In this document: positions 27,750-39,297 of the stretch, one piece after another
Layout: each line of letters opens with the position of its first letter
Numbering within the stretch: the first letter of the stretch is position 1
Source: Mytilus edulis
Taxonomy: Eukaryota
Assembly (NCBI RefSeq): GCF_963676685.1
Contig: NC_092353.1
Coordinates: forward strand, 54,684,001-54,748,000
Direction: 5' to 3'
DNA: 64,000 bases
Made by a program: the position numbers and the translations under genes
Notes under the pieces: generated by a model
What the model saw: only the letters and a program-made list of their open reading frames with translations
Database searches by the model: none
What the model was told of the DNA's origin: nothing

Positions 27750-28041
27750 TGTTAAGACCAAAGTTGGTTGGTTAACTTATTTTTATTTGAAATCAACACT
27801 TTATTGTAAACAAGCATTTTTAGCATGTTTCGGTCCCCTAATCGAGAGAGTACTTATTTTTTGTGAATGGAATGTGATGAAGCTAATTTTGAAGTTAAAC
27901 GTTTTTGAAGCTATATTAGAATACCATGGTCAACCAATACGTTAATCCTTTCATGTGTATTAAGAGAATTGAAATAATAAAGAACATGTGAACTGATTCG
28001 TAACTAATCACTGATGGTATATTTGGGCCCACAACCCTACA
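27750..28041 (+). repeat. 3' LTR
   Basis: No differences from the 5' LTR found by eye. Confidence 0.97.
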
Positions 28042-29810
28042 ACCGTAACTTAACCTTGTTTTGACCCGATAAAGATACTTTGGTAAAAATGTAAGCTAAA
28101 AACATGCACATTACAACCATGACGTATTACTTAACTTTGTTAAGGAATTCTGAATGGATGAGTCGTGAAAATAAACCAGGCATAGACAGATAGATTATTG
28201 AGCTTTTTTAGGGGAAAAGTTGGAATTTTCAGCTTCATATTCAACTTAACTTATCATTTTTTATCAAATTAACTTTGTTTACGCAAATTTTCACATGATG
28301 TTTATGATAAGAAAAAAATATACTCCATAGATCTAATCTTGATCTTTTTAACATCATCTACGCAATTCGGCATTTTGTTTTGATATTTTAAAAAGTTAAC
28401 GGGGAATAAAAGGAAGCTCTTTTATCTTATCATGTCTATATCTGTAGAATCAGATACGAAATTAACCCCCTCTACACCTTCCTGACTCATACAAAAGAAA
28501 ATTGGCAAACGTAAAAAACAGTCATCTTAATTAAACGAAAAATCTTCCATACTTATGTTTAATTTGTATTTAATACATGCAGAAAGAGATACCAAAGTCA
28601 ATTTAATTAAGTCTGTATATATCATGGTGTTTTTTTATAATATGTTATGAGAACATTTGCAATCTATTTCTACAGTTTGTATATAAAACAACCTTACATT
28701 TAAAGTAAACACTAAACTTTATTAGTTGGCAGTTTTTTGAAATGTAAGAGATTTATTTGATTTTATATGATGAGCGATACATTGAGTTTGTTTATATTGA
28801 AAATAGATCTCACGTACTTGGTGCACCAGAAAAGTAGCAAGTCAGAAGCCTGTAATTCAGTGGTTGTCGTTTATAGATGTGTTGCATATTTATTTTTCGT
28901 TCATTTTTTTTGTACAGAAATAAGACCGTTAGTTTTCTCGTTTGAATTGTTTTACATTTGTCATTTCGGGGCCTATAGCTGACTATGCGGTATGGGCTTT
29001 CCTCATTGTTGAAAGCGTGACTTACAGTTGAAACTTTCTGTGTCATTTGATCTCTTGTGGAGAGTTCTTTTATCCACAATCATACAACACCTCCTTTTTT
29101 ATGTTTCGATAGGATAGCACAGTTGTTGTATATCATATTTATTTTTCGTTCATTATTTTGTACAGTGATAGATATAAGAAGATGTGGTATGAGTGTCCAT
29201 AGGACAACTCACTATCCAAGTCACAATTTGTAAAAGTAAAACATTATAGGTCAAAACATCGTCTTCATCACGGAGCCTTGGGTCACGTGACCGAACATCA
29301 AGCTATAAAGGGTTAAAAAATAGTGTAAAACCATTAAAACTGGAAAAACAACGGTCAAATAAAATTTTAATGTTTAAAAAAAACCCGAGAAACGAGAAAC
29401 ACTTATGAACCACACCAAAAAACTACAACCACTGAACATCAGATTCCTGATTTAGGACAGGTGCAAACAAATGCAGTGGGTATAAAAGTTTTAATAGGCG
29501 CCAACCTTCACCCTAACCAGAAACAATAGTGTAACATCACAACAGGCCGTTGGTTTTCCCCTTTGAATTGGTTAATATGTGTCATTTCTTTTCTTGTTTG
29601 AATTGTTTTACGTGTGTTATTTCGGGTCCCTTTATTGCTGACTATGCGTTATGGGTTTTGTTCATTGCCGACCTATAGTTGTTTTAAAATAGTTATCAAA
29701 ATATGAGTGTCGGTTGGTCGCTTGTGGAAAGTTGTCTCATTGAATCACAATCATACCACATCTTCTTTTTTTAATATTTATTGGCACTACTTCTGCGTAT
29801 TTGTATTATT

Positions 29811-30330
29811 AGTTACATGGTGTGTTAGTGACCTAAGGGAGCTACCATTTGATTTTTATGGGGGGGGGGGGGGGGGGGCTAGGATGAAATTTGAAAAAAT
29901 AGGCAGGACAGGAGTTTTGAGTTAAAAAAAAAAGGCAGGATGAGACACTTGCAAAAAAAAAAGTCAGGACTACAATTTAGGTAATAAAAAGTCAGGATAA
30001 ACCAAAAAAAAAAAAAAAAAAGCAGGACCGAACAGAGTGAAAAATAAAAAGGTAGGACAGAGATTACAGCTAAAAAAATATGCAGGACAAAATTTTTCAT
30101 CCTAGCCCCCCCCCCCTAAAAATCAAATGGTAGCTCCCTAATACGATGGGGTCAGTAAATTCCATAATTTACAATATCTTTTTATTTTTAGCCATGGCCA
30201 TGATGGCGTTGTCAGTTTATTTTCTATCTATGAGTTTGACTCTCCCTCTGGTATCTTTCGTCCCTCTTGTATTCCCCATATGGAATTTACTGACCCCATA
30301 TATATCGTATTAGGTCACTAGCACACCGTA
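29811..30330. mobile_element. TIR element hosting a nested MITE
   Basis: Left arm GGTGTGTTAGTGACCTAA/TACGATGGGGTCAGTAAATTCCATA; right arm TATGGAATTTACTGACCCCAT..TCGTATTAGGTCACTAGCACACC; solo arm at about 59962-60015. Confidence 0.65.
29837..30138. mobile_element. PIF/Harbinger (Tourist-like) MITE
   Basis: TAA|GGGAGCTACCATTTGATTTTTA ... TAAAAATCAAATGGTAGCTCCC|TAA; internal A-run/CAGGA tandem motifs. Confidence 0.9.
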
Positions 30331-30732
30331 AAACGATTTTATCTTACCGTCGGACCATCTTCACATGTGGTATTTTGACTACCCGCCTATCAAAGAGATC
30401 AAGTCTTCAATACTCAGTATTAAGATCCTACTTCCATTTGTCTATACAGAAATTAAATGCCAACAGTAATTGTTAAAACTTATCAGCTTTAAATTTGTTT
30501 TATGAATTTATTTCAATCGTTCATTACATGTATCAACTTCTTCGTCTGTTGATTCCCTTCAGATTTCTTTTTTTTTCTGTTTTGAAAGGGAAGTAGCTCC
30601 GTTATGCCAACAGTAACAACTTGTTAGTATCAATTTATGAACTTATTTCAACCTTTCATCATCAATTTCTTCGTCTGTTGAATCCTTTCAGATATTTCCT
30701 CAACACCGTGTTGTTTTTATAAAGGGTTGACT

Positions 30733-32173
30733 CAGGCGCGTAGCTCCCTATACGCCAACACGCAGTTGCGTGCACATCAATTCGGCATACAAAAAAAAAA
30801 AATTGCAAAATAAAAATTAAAAATTTTAAGGATACACATACGAGTATTCAAATGATGTAATGTCATTAAATAGCGGCATTTGGTTTCAAAATTACAGTTT
30901 GATTGCAGATGACAAAAACGGACTTGAATCTATTACAAGATTATAATTTGTCAATCTAATTAAAAACCGATCTCTCATCGCTCCTGTTTCTGATATGTCA
31001 CGCGACATATCAGAAACAGGAGCGATGAGAGATCGGTTTTTAATTAGATTGATAATTTGTTATAGTTTTACTCTTGTAGTTTCGGAGAACATTTTACAGA
31101 GTACGGTTTATCTGTTTGGAATGCAAGGTACCAATCGGCCATTTAAGATTTATCAGAACCCTTCGATATCGTATGATATGCCGATGCGAAGTGACTACCA
31201 AAACCAATCACCCTGCAAACACGCAAAAACAGTCTTGGGAAGTCTCATTATATTTTGCGTCCATAGACCACATGATAATTTACGAGTAATATCTTTAATT
31301 AATATTCTTTAATATTGTTAAAAGTAATATAAAACGTAGCATAACACCATAAAAAGTCTTTTTCTCGGGATATATCAGTTTGTTTTGGGGATATAATGTT
31401 TTTCTTGTATTTCTCGTGAAATCGTGGTAACGGAGAATGGTTTGTTTTTCGGGTTTTGGCTATAGGACGGTTAATTGAGAAGCTACATGTACATAGGTAC
31501 ATGATAATTTAAGGAATTTGAGTCGCGTCTGATATATCAGTCAGAAAAATCACTGCTTTCCGCATATCTGCTTCCTCGTGTTGTAGGAAATACAACAAAC
31601 GAACAAATCGCAGCATTGTTTGAGACATACGAAACTGACTTGTCATGTAATTTTGACAAATTCAATCGGGAGGTCGCTCGATGGCGAACACGCTGGATTA
31701 CATATCGCGGGTGCTACCGCAGAGAGATCGTCACAATGTACTACGTCTGTTGAAAACATATGTACGATTAACAACGAACAACGACGGTTTAGCATCTCTA
31801 GCATTGCTGCATATTCATCGGGATTCTTGTGTGAATATTGACAAAGTAATAAAGAAGTTCGTTTCTGCTAAGACCCGAAGGGCAGATTTTTGACAATTTT
31901 TAGTAAATTCCATAACACAAAAATGTGTTGTTTATGTATTCAATTAACCATGCTTTATTCTATTTAGATGTTCTATTCAGAAGATTTTTGAATACTTTTG
32001 CATTCATGAATTATGTACAAGTCCTATGTACATGTAGCTTCTCAATTAACCGTCCTATGACCAAAACCCGAAAAACAAACCATTTTCTGCATAAAAGGGT
32101 CCCAAAATTTTTCGCCTCGCTTCGCTCGGCAGTATATATGCTTGCACATCGTTTCATTCTAGCTACGCCCCTG
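30733..32173 (+). mobile_element. Deleted hAT-family transposon with transposase C-terminal remnant
   Basis: TIR CAGGCGCGTAGC / GCTACGCCCCTG; 31710-31890 encodes, with a frameshift, ATAERS..LRLLKTYVR.T..N..LASLALLHIHRD..VNIDKVI..F, the hAT dimerization region. Confidence 0.8.
30952..31051. mobile_element. 100-bp perfect foldback MITE with 9-bp TSD (Mutator-type)
   Basis: 48-bp perfect arms, 4-nt loop ACGC, flanked on both sides by ATAATTTGT (30943-30951 and 31052-31060). Confidence 0.85.
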
Positions 32174-34702
32174 GTTGTGGCATGTTTTTTTGTTTTGAAA
32201 GGGAAGTAACTCCTTACTAACACCATATGGTTGCTAACCCTATATGGTAACTAACCATGTATTTTTTAGAGCACGCTATACGTTATATATATATAGTGAC
32301 CATGTGTAGTCCGTTTACCAATCATATCCCCATAATTCTATAGGAGGTAAGATAAATGTAAATACAGAATTATCTATTTTAATATAGTTTAACTCACGGT
32401 AGGAAAGGGTCATATGACGAGAAAAGAAGAAGAGAAATTAGACGTTAAATCTCACTATATAAAGCTTTAATCTATTTCCTAGGAACGTTCCTTCTATCTA
32501 AATCTCATAATTTCGGTGAATACGCGCATATCTTTAGTTATTTTAATATAAATAAAAGGAGATGTCACGTGGTATAATTTCCAATCAGACAACTAATATC
32601 AAGAGAGCAAAGGGCGTAGATGAAAGTAAATACAGTACACCGCAGTATTTTTCAGAGATGTCGAAATAAAAAGGCGCTTAAGAGATTTGGTGATGGCCGT
32701 TTTATGTCGATAAAATTATAAACATAATAGAAATGTAGAAAATTGTATTATCAGGAATGGATCCAACTAAACTAGAAGTGTTTTGCGTAAAAACGGTCTT
32801 CTTATTTGTACGTATCATATTCCTCTAGTAATTTCCACGTGTTATGATGACGTTTTGCGGAATCTAGAAAAATGAAGTATTTACAATATGTTACTTTTGC
32901 GATTTGAATATTAGAATTGTAGAAAAAAGATTTTATCGAAAATGATGGTCTGTTTTACGACTCTCTGCTGTGTATTAACATGCTGCCTGATGATTAAAGT
33001 TAAGATTATATACTATTCTTAGTAATATACTCGGTAATATTTTAAAAACTTAAGTCGAGATCAACGTATTATAGATATCTGTATTGCTTCATACTCCATG
33101 TTTAATTGGACGTATTGTCGGTGGAATGGGAATCTTTTACCATTAGTTTATCATATGGTTCAAGTGTTGTTGGTTAAATGTTTTGGCCGACATGGATATA
33201 TATAGTCTCTAATATTACAAGTCGTTTCTTTCAGGCTGATTTTGCCATATGCTTATCAGATCACTCAAAGATTTTAGTTCATTACTCCTGATTTAAGATT
33301 GATTGGTTGAAAGTATTTAGTGTCACTTTCAGTATGTTTGGCTGTAAAGCAACAGCAAGATTTTATTGGTTGGAAAAAAACGGAGAACATCCGGCTTCCG
33401 GCAGGAAAAATTGCATCATCTTAAATTTAAATAGGTTCCGAAAGCATCTCACACGAGCTAGTTTTGAACTTCTAAATTCAGCGTTGACAGACTAGTGATC
33501 GCTTTAGGTGGATTACTTTAGTCAATTCGACCAGCGTAGTTTTTATCTTTCGAGTAGATACTGCTGCTGATGGACTATTAGTCCCCATGGGCATTTTAGT
33601 TTATTTCCTGGCACACCAAGTTACCAAAACAACTACTGTATTCAACATTAATGTACAAAAGATATACATGGTGCTGATCTGAAAAAGCAACATCCCATAA
33701 AAGTACAACACCTTCAATAAAAAATGATTGATATTCTAGAAAATTGTGGTATGGCACATAGTGATATCAAATTGAGTTCCCCCCTTGTTTTTTTAGCAAA
33801 ACTTAATGTCATTTTTTTTTCAATTAATGTATTGAAGGCGCTGAAGTTTTGTAACCTTATTTTACATTTGCTAATTTAAAAAAGTGATAATGGTAAAATA
33901 TAATATATTGTATTTAAGACTTATCGTTCGTATTTTGGCACTATTTTTTAATTCAAATGTTGGTTTATTTAACTGATTTTAATATATAGAAAACAAGTGA
34001 TGGTTGATATGAAAAATTATGACTTTGGCTACTCTTTTTTTGAGCTGCTTCATTTTGATTATTTTAATGCAAAAGTGTTCTAGGGTCAGACTTATAGTCC
34101 AGCAGATAGGTGCAATATATGAAGGAATTGTGCACTTCGTGTTAAAAGCACCAAATTTTGCTCAAACATACTTCTATCTATACTGTTCAATTTTAGATAT
34201 GGAGGCAAGCTGGAAATATAGTTAACTTCCGGTAAAATCCAAAATGGCGGATGCATGTTTAAATTTCAACTTTTCTTAATTCTCTTTCAATTTTTTTAGT
34301 TTGAACTAAAAGAACTGATGTTTTAATTGATCTGCATCGTATTAGATGGGTTTCAGTGTTGCTGAAGCAGCAATTTGGATGAGTTTGGTTAACTTCCGGT
34401 CGAAATTTCATGTCAAAATTCAAGAAAAATGTTTAATTTGCAAAAAGTGAGAAGAATGGTGTAATAGAATCAGGTATTTATTTCTTTGCAGATCATTTAA
34501 ATTCAATTGATATGGTGAACACTACTGTTTCATTATTATATTTGAATGAAGATAGACATACACTTCGATAAATCAAGAGTCTAAATAACAATTGAAAGAT
34601 GAGCTCTTAAAGATTTAAACTTATTGAGGCATCAGATAATCGAAGACCAGGTAGTTCGTCCCCAAATGTTGAAGAGGTTGACTGGACTACAATCTGTCGA
34701 TA

Positions 34703-35361
34703 CCTGTAACTTAGCATTGCACAAGGTCAGGTTTTTCTCTGGTTGTTTATGACGTCTTTACACTAAATCCATTGGATGTTGGATGTGTACGGATTGATAG
34801 TTTAGTCTTAGTTGCATGATTTTTTTATTAGTTGTTAGTGGCTTTGAACTAGCTGTCAGATAACTGCGAGTACTCTCAGATCTGTTCATTGTGTCTTTTT
34901 GTGTCGGGATGTATAAGTACCCAGGCCACGTCCACTTGTATTTTTGTCCATCTGATGAGTTAACCTTTTTTCAACTGAGTTTTATAGTTCGTTCTTATGT
35001 TGTACTGTTATACCACTGTTAGAGGGAGGGTTTGGATCCCGCTAACATGTTTAACCCCGCCACATTATTTATGTATGTGCCTGTCCCAAGTCAGGAGCCT
35101 GTAATTCAGTGGTTGTCGTTTGTTTATGTGTTACATAATTGTTTTTCGTTCATTTTTTTACATAAATAAGGCCGTTAGTTTTCTCGTTTGAATTGTTTTA
35201 CATTGTCTTATCGGGGCCTTTTATAATAGCTCACTATGCGGTGTGGGATTTGCTCATTGTTGAAGGCTGTACGGTGAGCTATAGTTGTTAATGTCTGTTT
35301 CATTTTGGTCTTTTGTGGATAGTTGTCTCATTGGCAATCATACCACATCTTCTTTTTTATA
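34703..35361 (-). repeat. Long copy of repeat family A, nested in the Academ element
   Basis: Ends CTCATTGGCAATCATACCACATCTTC; shares AACTAGCTGTCAG..AACTGCGAGTACTCTC with 60030-60936. Confidence 0.8.
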
Positions 35362-37608
35362 TTTAGTTCATTTATATGCTTTGGAATTTAGTGTGACATC
35401 CATTTACTCTGAATAAGTACACCATTTGTATAGGGACCAGCTGGTGACCACGTCCGGTTGCAGGAATTTCTCGCTGCATAGAACACTTATTGGTGGCATT
35501 CGGCTATTGTCTGCTCTTTGGTCAGTTTGTTGTCTCTTTGATATATTCCCTATTTCTATTCTCAATGTTAAATATATAATTTGTCAAAATATGACAGACG
35601 AATAGCTGCAATGCCCTACACCCTCAAAGTGTATCAATATTGGTGCCGGATATGTTACTATGGCTGAAAATCTCGTTAAATACAAACAACTTCCATGTTT
35701 ACCGTCTACGACCCATCTGTATACACAATATGATGGCAGGGGTCTTCCATGTACTACGTACAAAATCAATGCCAAATGGCAGAAGACCTGCCATCTAACT
35801 AAAGAGAGCTAAAATAAGACATCAAAAGGATACAGATGATATGTAAAAAACAAACAGGCAATAGGAGCTGGAAACCCACCCGCACGGTCAATGTGTACAA
35901 ATGCTTCAGTACACAACTTTATTAGAGAAGCTAAGTGCTGGGGACCTCATTGTACAAGAAACGAAATATCATGTCCAATGTCTTACTTATCTTTATTGAC
36001 AGGCATCAAAAGTCTCTAGTGAAGATGAGACTTAATAAGGAAGAGATGCACGAATAAGCCATGGAATCGCATTAGCTGACATCATCAGCTACAATGAAGA
36101 TTCCATAACCAAAGAATATTTAGCACCAAGATTCAAAGTTGTCAGGTTTTTTCTAGGCAAATAAGGAATCTAGATGTTGACATTGAAGACAAGAGTTCAT
36201 AATTCAAGATGAAAGAATAGACTTTTACATGTTTGAATTGGATGGAGATTTGTCTCAATGGCACTCATACAACTTCTTATATCTAATGCTGGCTTATTTA
36301 CCTGATATTCAGGAATAAAAACAAGAGAGAGAGAGAATTAAATTGCTTTCAAATATAATATAGAACCCTCGTTTCAGAAAGCAGGTGATGATGCCTTTGA
36401 CTAAAACTAAATTCAGATTTATAAAGCAGTAACAATAATTCGCAGCGACATGTTTATTGTTACATTTTGGTTTGACGGTAGTTTTCCAGTGAACTGTGAG
36501 GAGAATTATGTTCCAAGATCTCCTGTAGCTCTTGTTAGTATGTTGTTGTATGGACAATATATAACAACCGACTCTTATAAGCAGGAAACACCAACGATTG
36601 CTTGGATATTTATATTTAACAGCTACAAACAAATCCTTAACGTTAAATCTCCAAAGATCCGTCATCATGCATCTAAAGAAACATATGCACTTAGAAATAA
36701 TGGTTCACTGTCTGACAGAACACATGAAATAAACATGTTGTTAAGTCGGATGGAGGCACTGTTAACAGATAACCCAGTAACCCTGCGAAGATGGATGGCA
36801 GCTTGACAAGAAATGGCAAGCCTTGCTAAACAGTTTGAGAAGAGGGGCGAAAAATACAAGAGGGACAGTCATATATCGATTTCATGTTGAAGAGAACGAA
36901 CACAACTGACCATGAGCAGAAACTAAGAGCTCAAATGTCGTTTATCCATGATGTAGCTTCTGTGATAGAAGAGTTAGGAAATCAATTTCTTGAAGACAGC
37001 AACGAACTTGTTGTTCTGTATACCAATTAAAGATATAGCTCCCTCAGCAGTTGTTGATACTATTCGTCGTTCGTTGAATAGAAAAGGGACTTTCCGATTT
37101 GATTTTCCTCTGAGTTCAGTATTTTTGTGATTTTACTTTTTAGAACAATTGACAAGATGTAACTATTGTAGACAATATAAAGATTGACAGTGCAAGGAGA
37201 CGTTGTCAAAGGCAAACATGCTAACCACGAAACTGATAGAGCTTCTCACGTGTAGATCAAAACAAAACAGAGCTCATTCATTTTCTGTCAAATAAACAGA
37301 TGGATGAAAACATTTTCGAGATGAGAATCATTGCTACAGTTGTAACAGATGTATTAGTACTTGTTTCATGTGACAATGCAGTTGATATTAATTGGTTGCT
37401 TTGGGACTGGAAACCACTTCGTATACATTTCAATTCATGAGCTTGCTAACTTTTTAGGACAAGAAAAAGCATATGTATTGCCTGTTTTCCATGCATTCAC
37501 TGTATTTGACACTGTGGCATAGATCGCTGAATAAGGTGAAAAAAAAACAGGAATACATGAATGGTATTGAATTGTTTCACAAGAGTATACACCGTTATGA
37601 GAGACCAG

Positions 37609-37770
37609 GGTTGCGTCCAATATCGTAGCAGCTACGTAGATGTTTGTCTACTGAACGAGTAGCTAGTCTAGCTGCTATCTATTATCTATGTTGCAGCTAG
37701 GCTAGATACACGTTCAATAGTCATACATCTACTATAGCCCTTTGTAGCCGCTACGATATTGGACGCAACC
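37609..37770. mobile_element. Harbinger-type palindromic MITE with CAG TSD
   Basis: CAG|GGTTGCGTCCAATATCGTAGC ... GCTACGATATTGGACGCAACC|CAG. Confidence 0.88.
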
Positions 37771-39297
37771 CAGGTGAGTACTCTGAATGTCGACACCACT
37801 ATTACGCAATTAATCGAACGATTCGTTATGCTGATGTTTGATCGAACAATATCAGAGGTCAATGATCTTTAACCTTTTTTAGGACAACATTGCTTTTTTT
37901 TTTTATCAAACATATGTATTTAGTCTCTAAATTACGTTTACTTGTGATATTTTTTTACCGGAAGTGACAAATTTCTGAATAAAATACCCCGAGGGTTTTA
38001 AAGAAATGATACATTATTTCAAACCATGAATACACAAAAATATTATAGTCTACACAGCAAACTTTGGCTACCAGCTGTGAGATTTGAATAACCATCAATC
38101 AGTTATTAAATGCATGTCCGCCATTTTGATGATAAAACCGGAAGTGGATAAAATCAAGCTTACCTCCATATCTTATTTTATTAAGAATGGTTAAAACTAT
38201 GTTTCTACCATATTTTATGCTTTTAAAACATAGTGCACAAATGTTCACCTATCTGCTGGGTAACCATTAATCAGTTATCAAATGCATGTCCGCCATTTTG
38301 ATGATAAAACCGGAAGTGGATCAAATCAACCTTGCCTCCATATCTAATTTTGTTTAGAACGGTCCAAACTATGTTTCTACCAAATTTTATGCTTTTAACA
38401 CAAAGTGCACAATTATTCACCTATCTGCTGGACTATTAAAGAAGTTCGCTACCCAGTTTGAAAATAAAAATAAATAGCTTTTCATAAAACTAGTATATAT
38501 TGATAGGGGTTTAATTAAGGAATCAAAAAAGCAAAAAATATATAGAGGTCAATGTGCTTGTTTTCGAAATATTAGCCCTTGAAATTTTGGCGGGAAAAGG
38601 TTCTCTCTTGACTTTTCATAGTTGACAGGTTAAAGTTCTCAAAAACTATTAAAAAATAAATAAGATTTTATAGACTTTAACAAATGGCTTATAATTATAC
38701 ATGCAAAAAATTTATAAAAAGAAAAATGGGGGTCAATAGGCAAAATTTTTTAAGGCATTCAAATGGATAAAACCAGAGGATTCTGAAAATCTGACAAAAT
38801 TTCCAAAACATGAAAATGCAAATGTGAAGCAATTATTGCACATTGCCATATTAACCGGTTGTTTGATGCTGTTAGAGAATTGACATTAAAAGGACTCTTA
38901 TATATTCATTTTGAAAATACATTAAGTAAGAAAAAAATGCTGGAATTACGAATCCTGCTCGATTTTAACTTTTAAATTAAAAACTATATTCTTTCAAATT
39001 AGCATATTCATGATATTTCAAATATACTATAAAAACTGTTAAGAGTCTAGACGATATATTTCAGTGGTTTCGCTATTTTAGGAATTTTCAATTTGCGAAA
39101 GCGAACTTTTCAGATCTAACATTGTTGAGTTGATGTTTAAAAGACTAACTTGTATATAATATATATATTCCTTTTTATACATTAAGAACAAGCTCTTTTT
39201 AATTCAAATGTCTCTATAAGTGAAATACATCATAGCACTCATAGAAATAAAATTACTTATTGCAGCCGAACTTAACCTATAATGGTTGTGACTTGGA

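Larger units (their letters stand above)
21253..28041 (+). mobile_element. Full-length BEL/Pao LTR retrotransposon, very recent insertion
   Basis: 292-bp TG..CA LTRs identical by eye; 5-bp TSD ACCGT at 21248-21252 and 28042-28046; gag-PR-RT-RH-IN domain order. Confidence 0.97.
34095..38435 (+). mobile_element. Decayed Academ DNA transposon (XPG-nuclease type)
   Basis: TTA|TAGTCCAGCAGATAGGTG ... CACCTATCTGCTGGACTA|TTA with long imperfect TIRs; coding remnants LQCP..GAGYVTMAENL, HGIALADIISY, LTDNP..LRRWM, VIEELGNQFLED, TDVLVL..FGTGNH..LPVFHAFT..DTV. Confidence 0.82.

Noticed and set aside
34945-34985. CTGATGA motif resembling a hammerhead core
   Set aside because: No GAAA box or stem III follows
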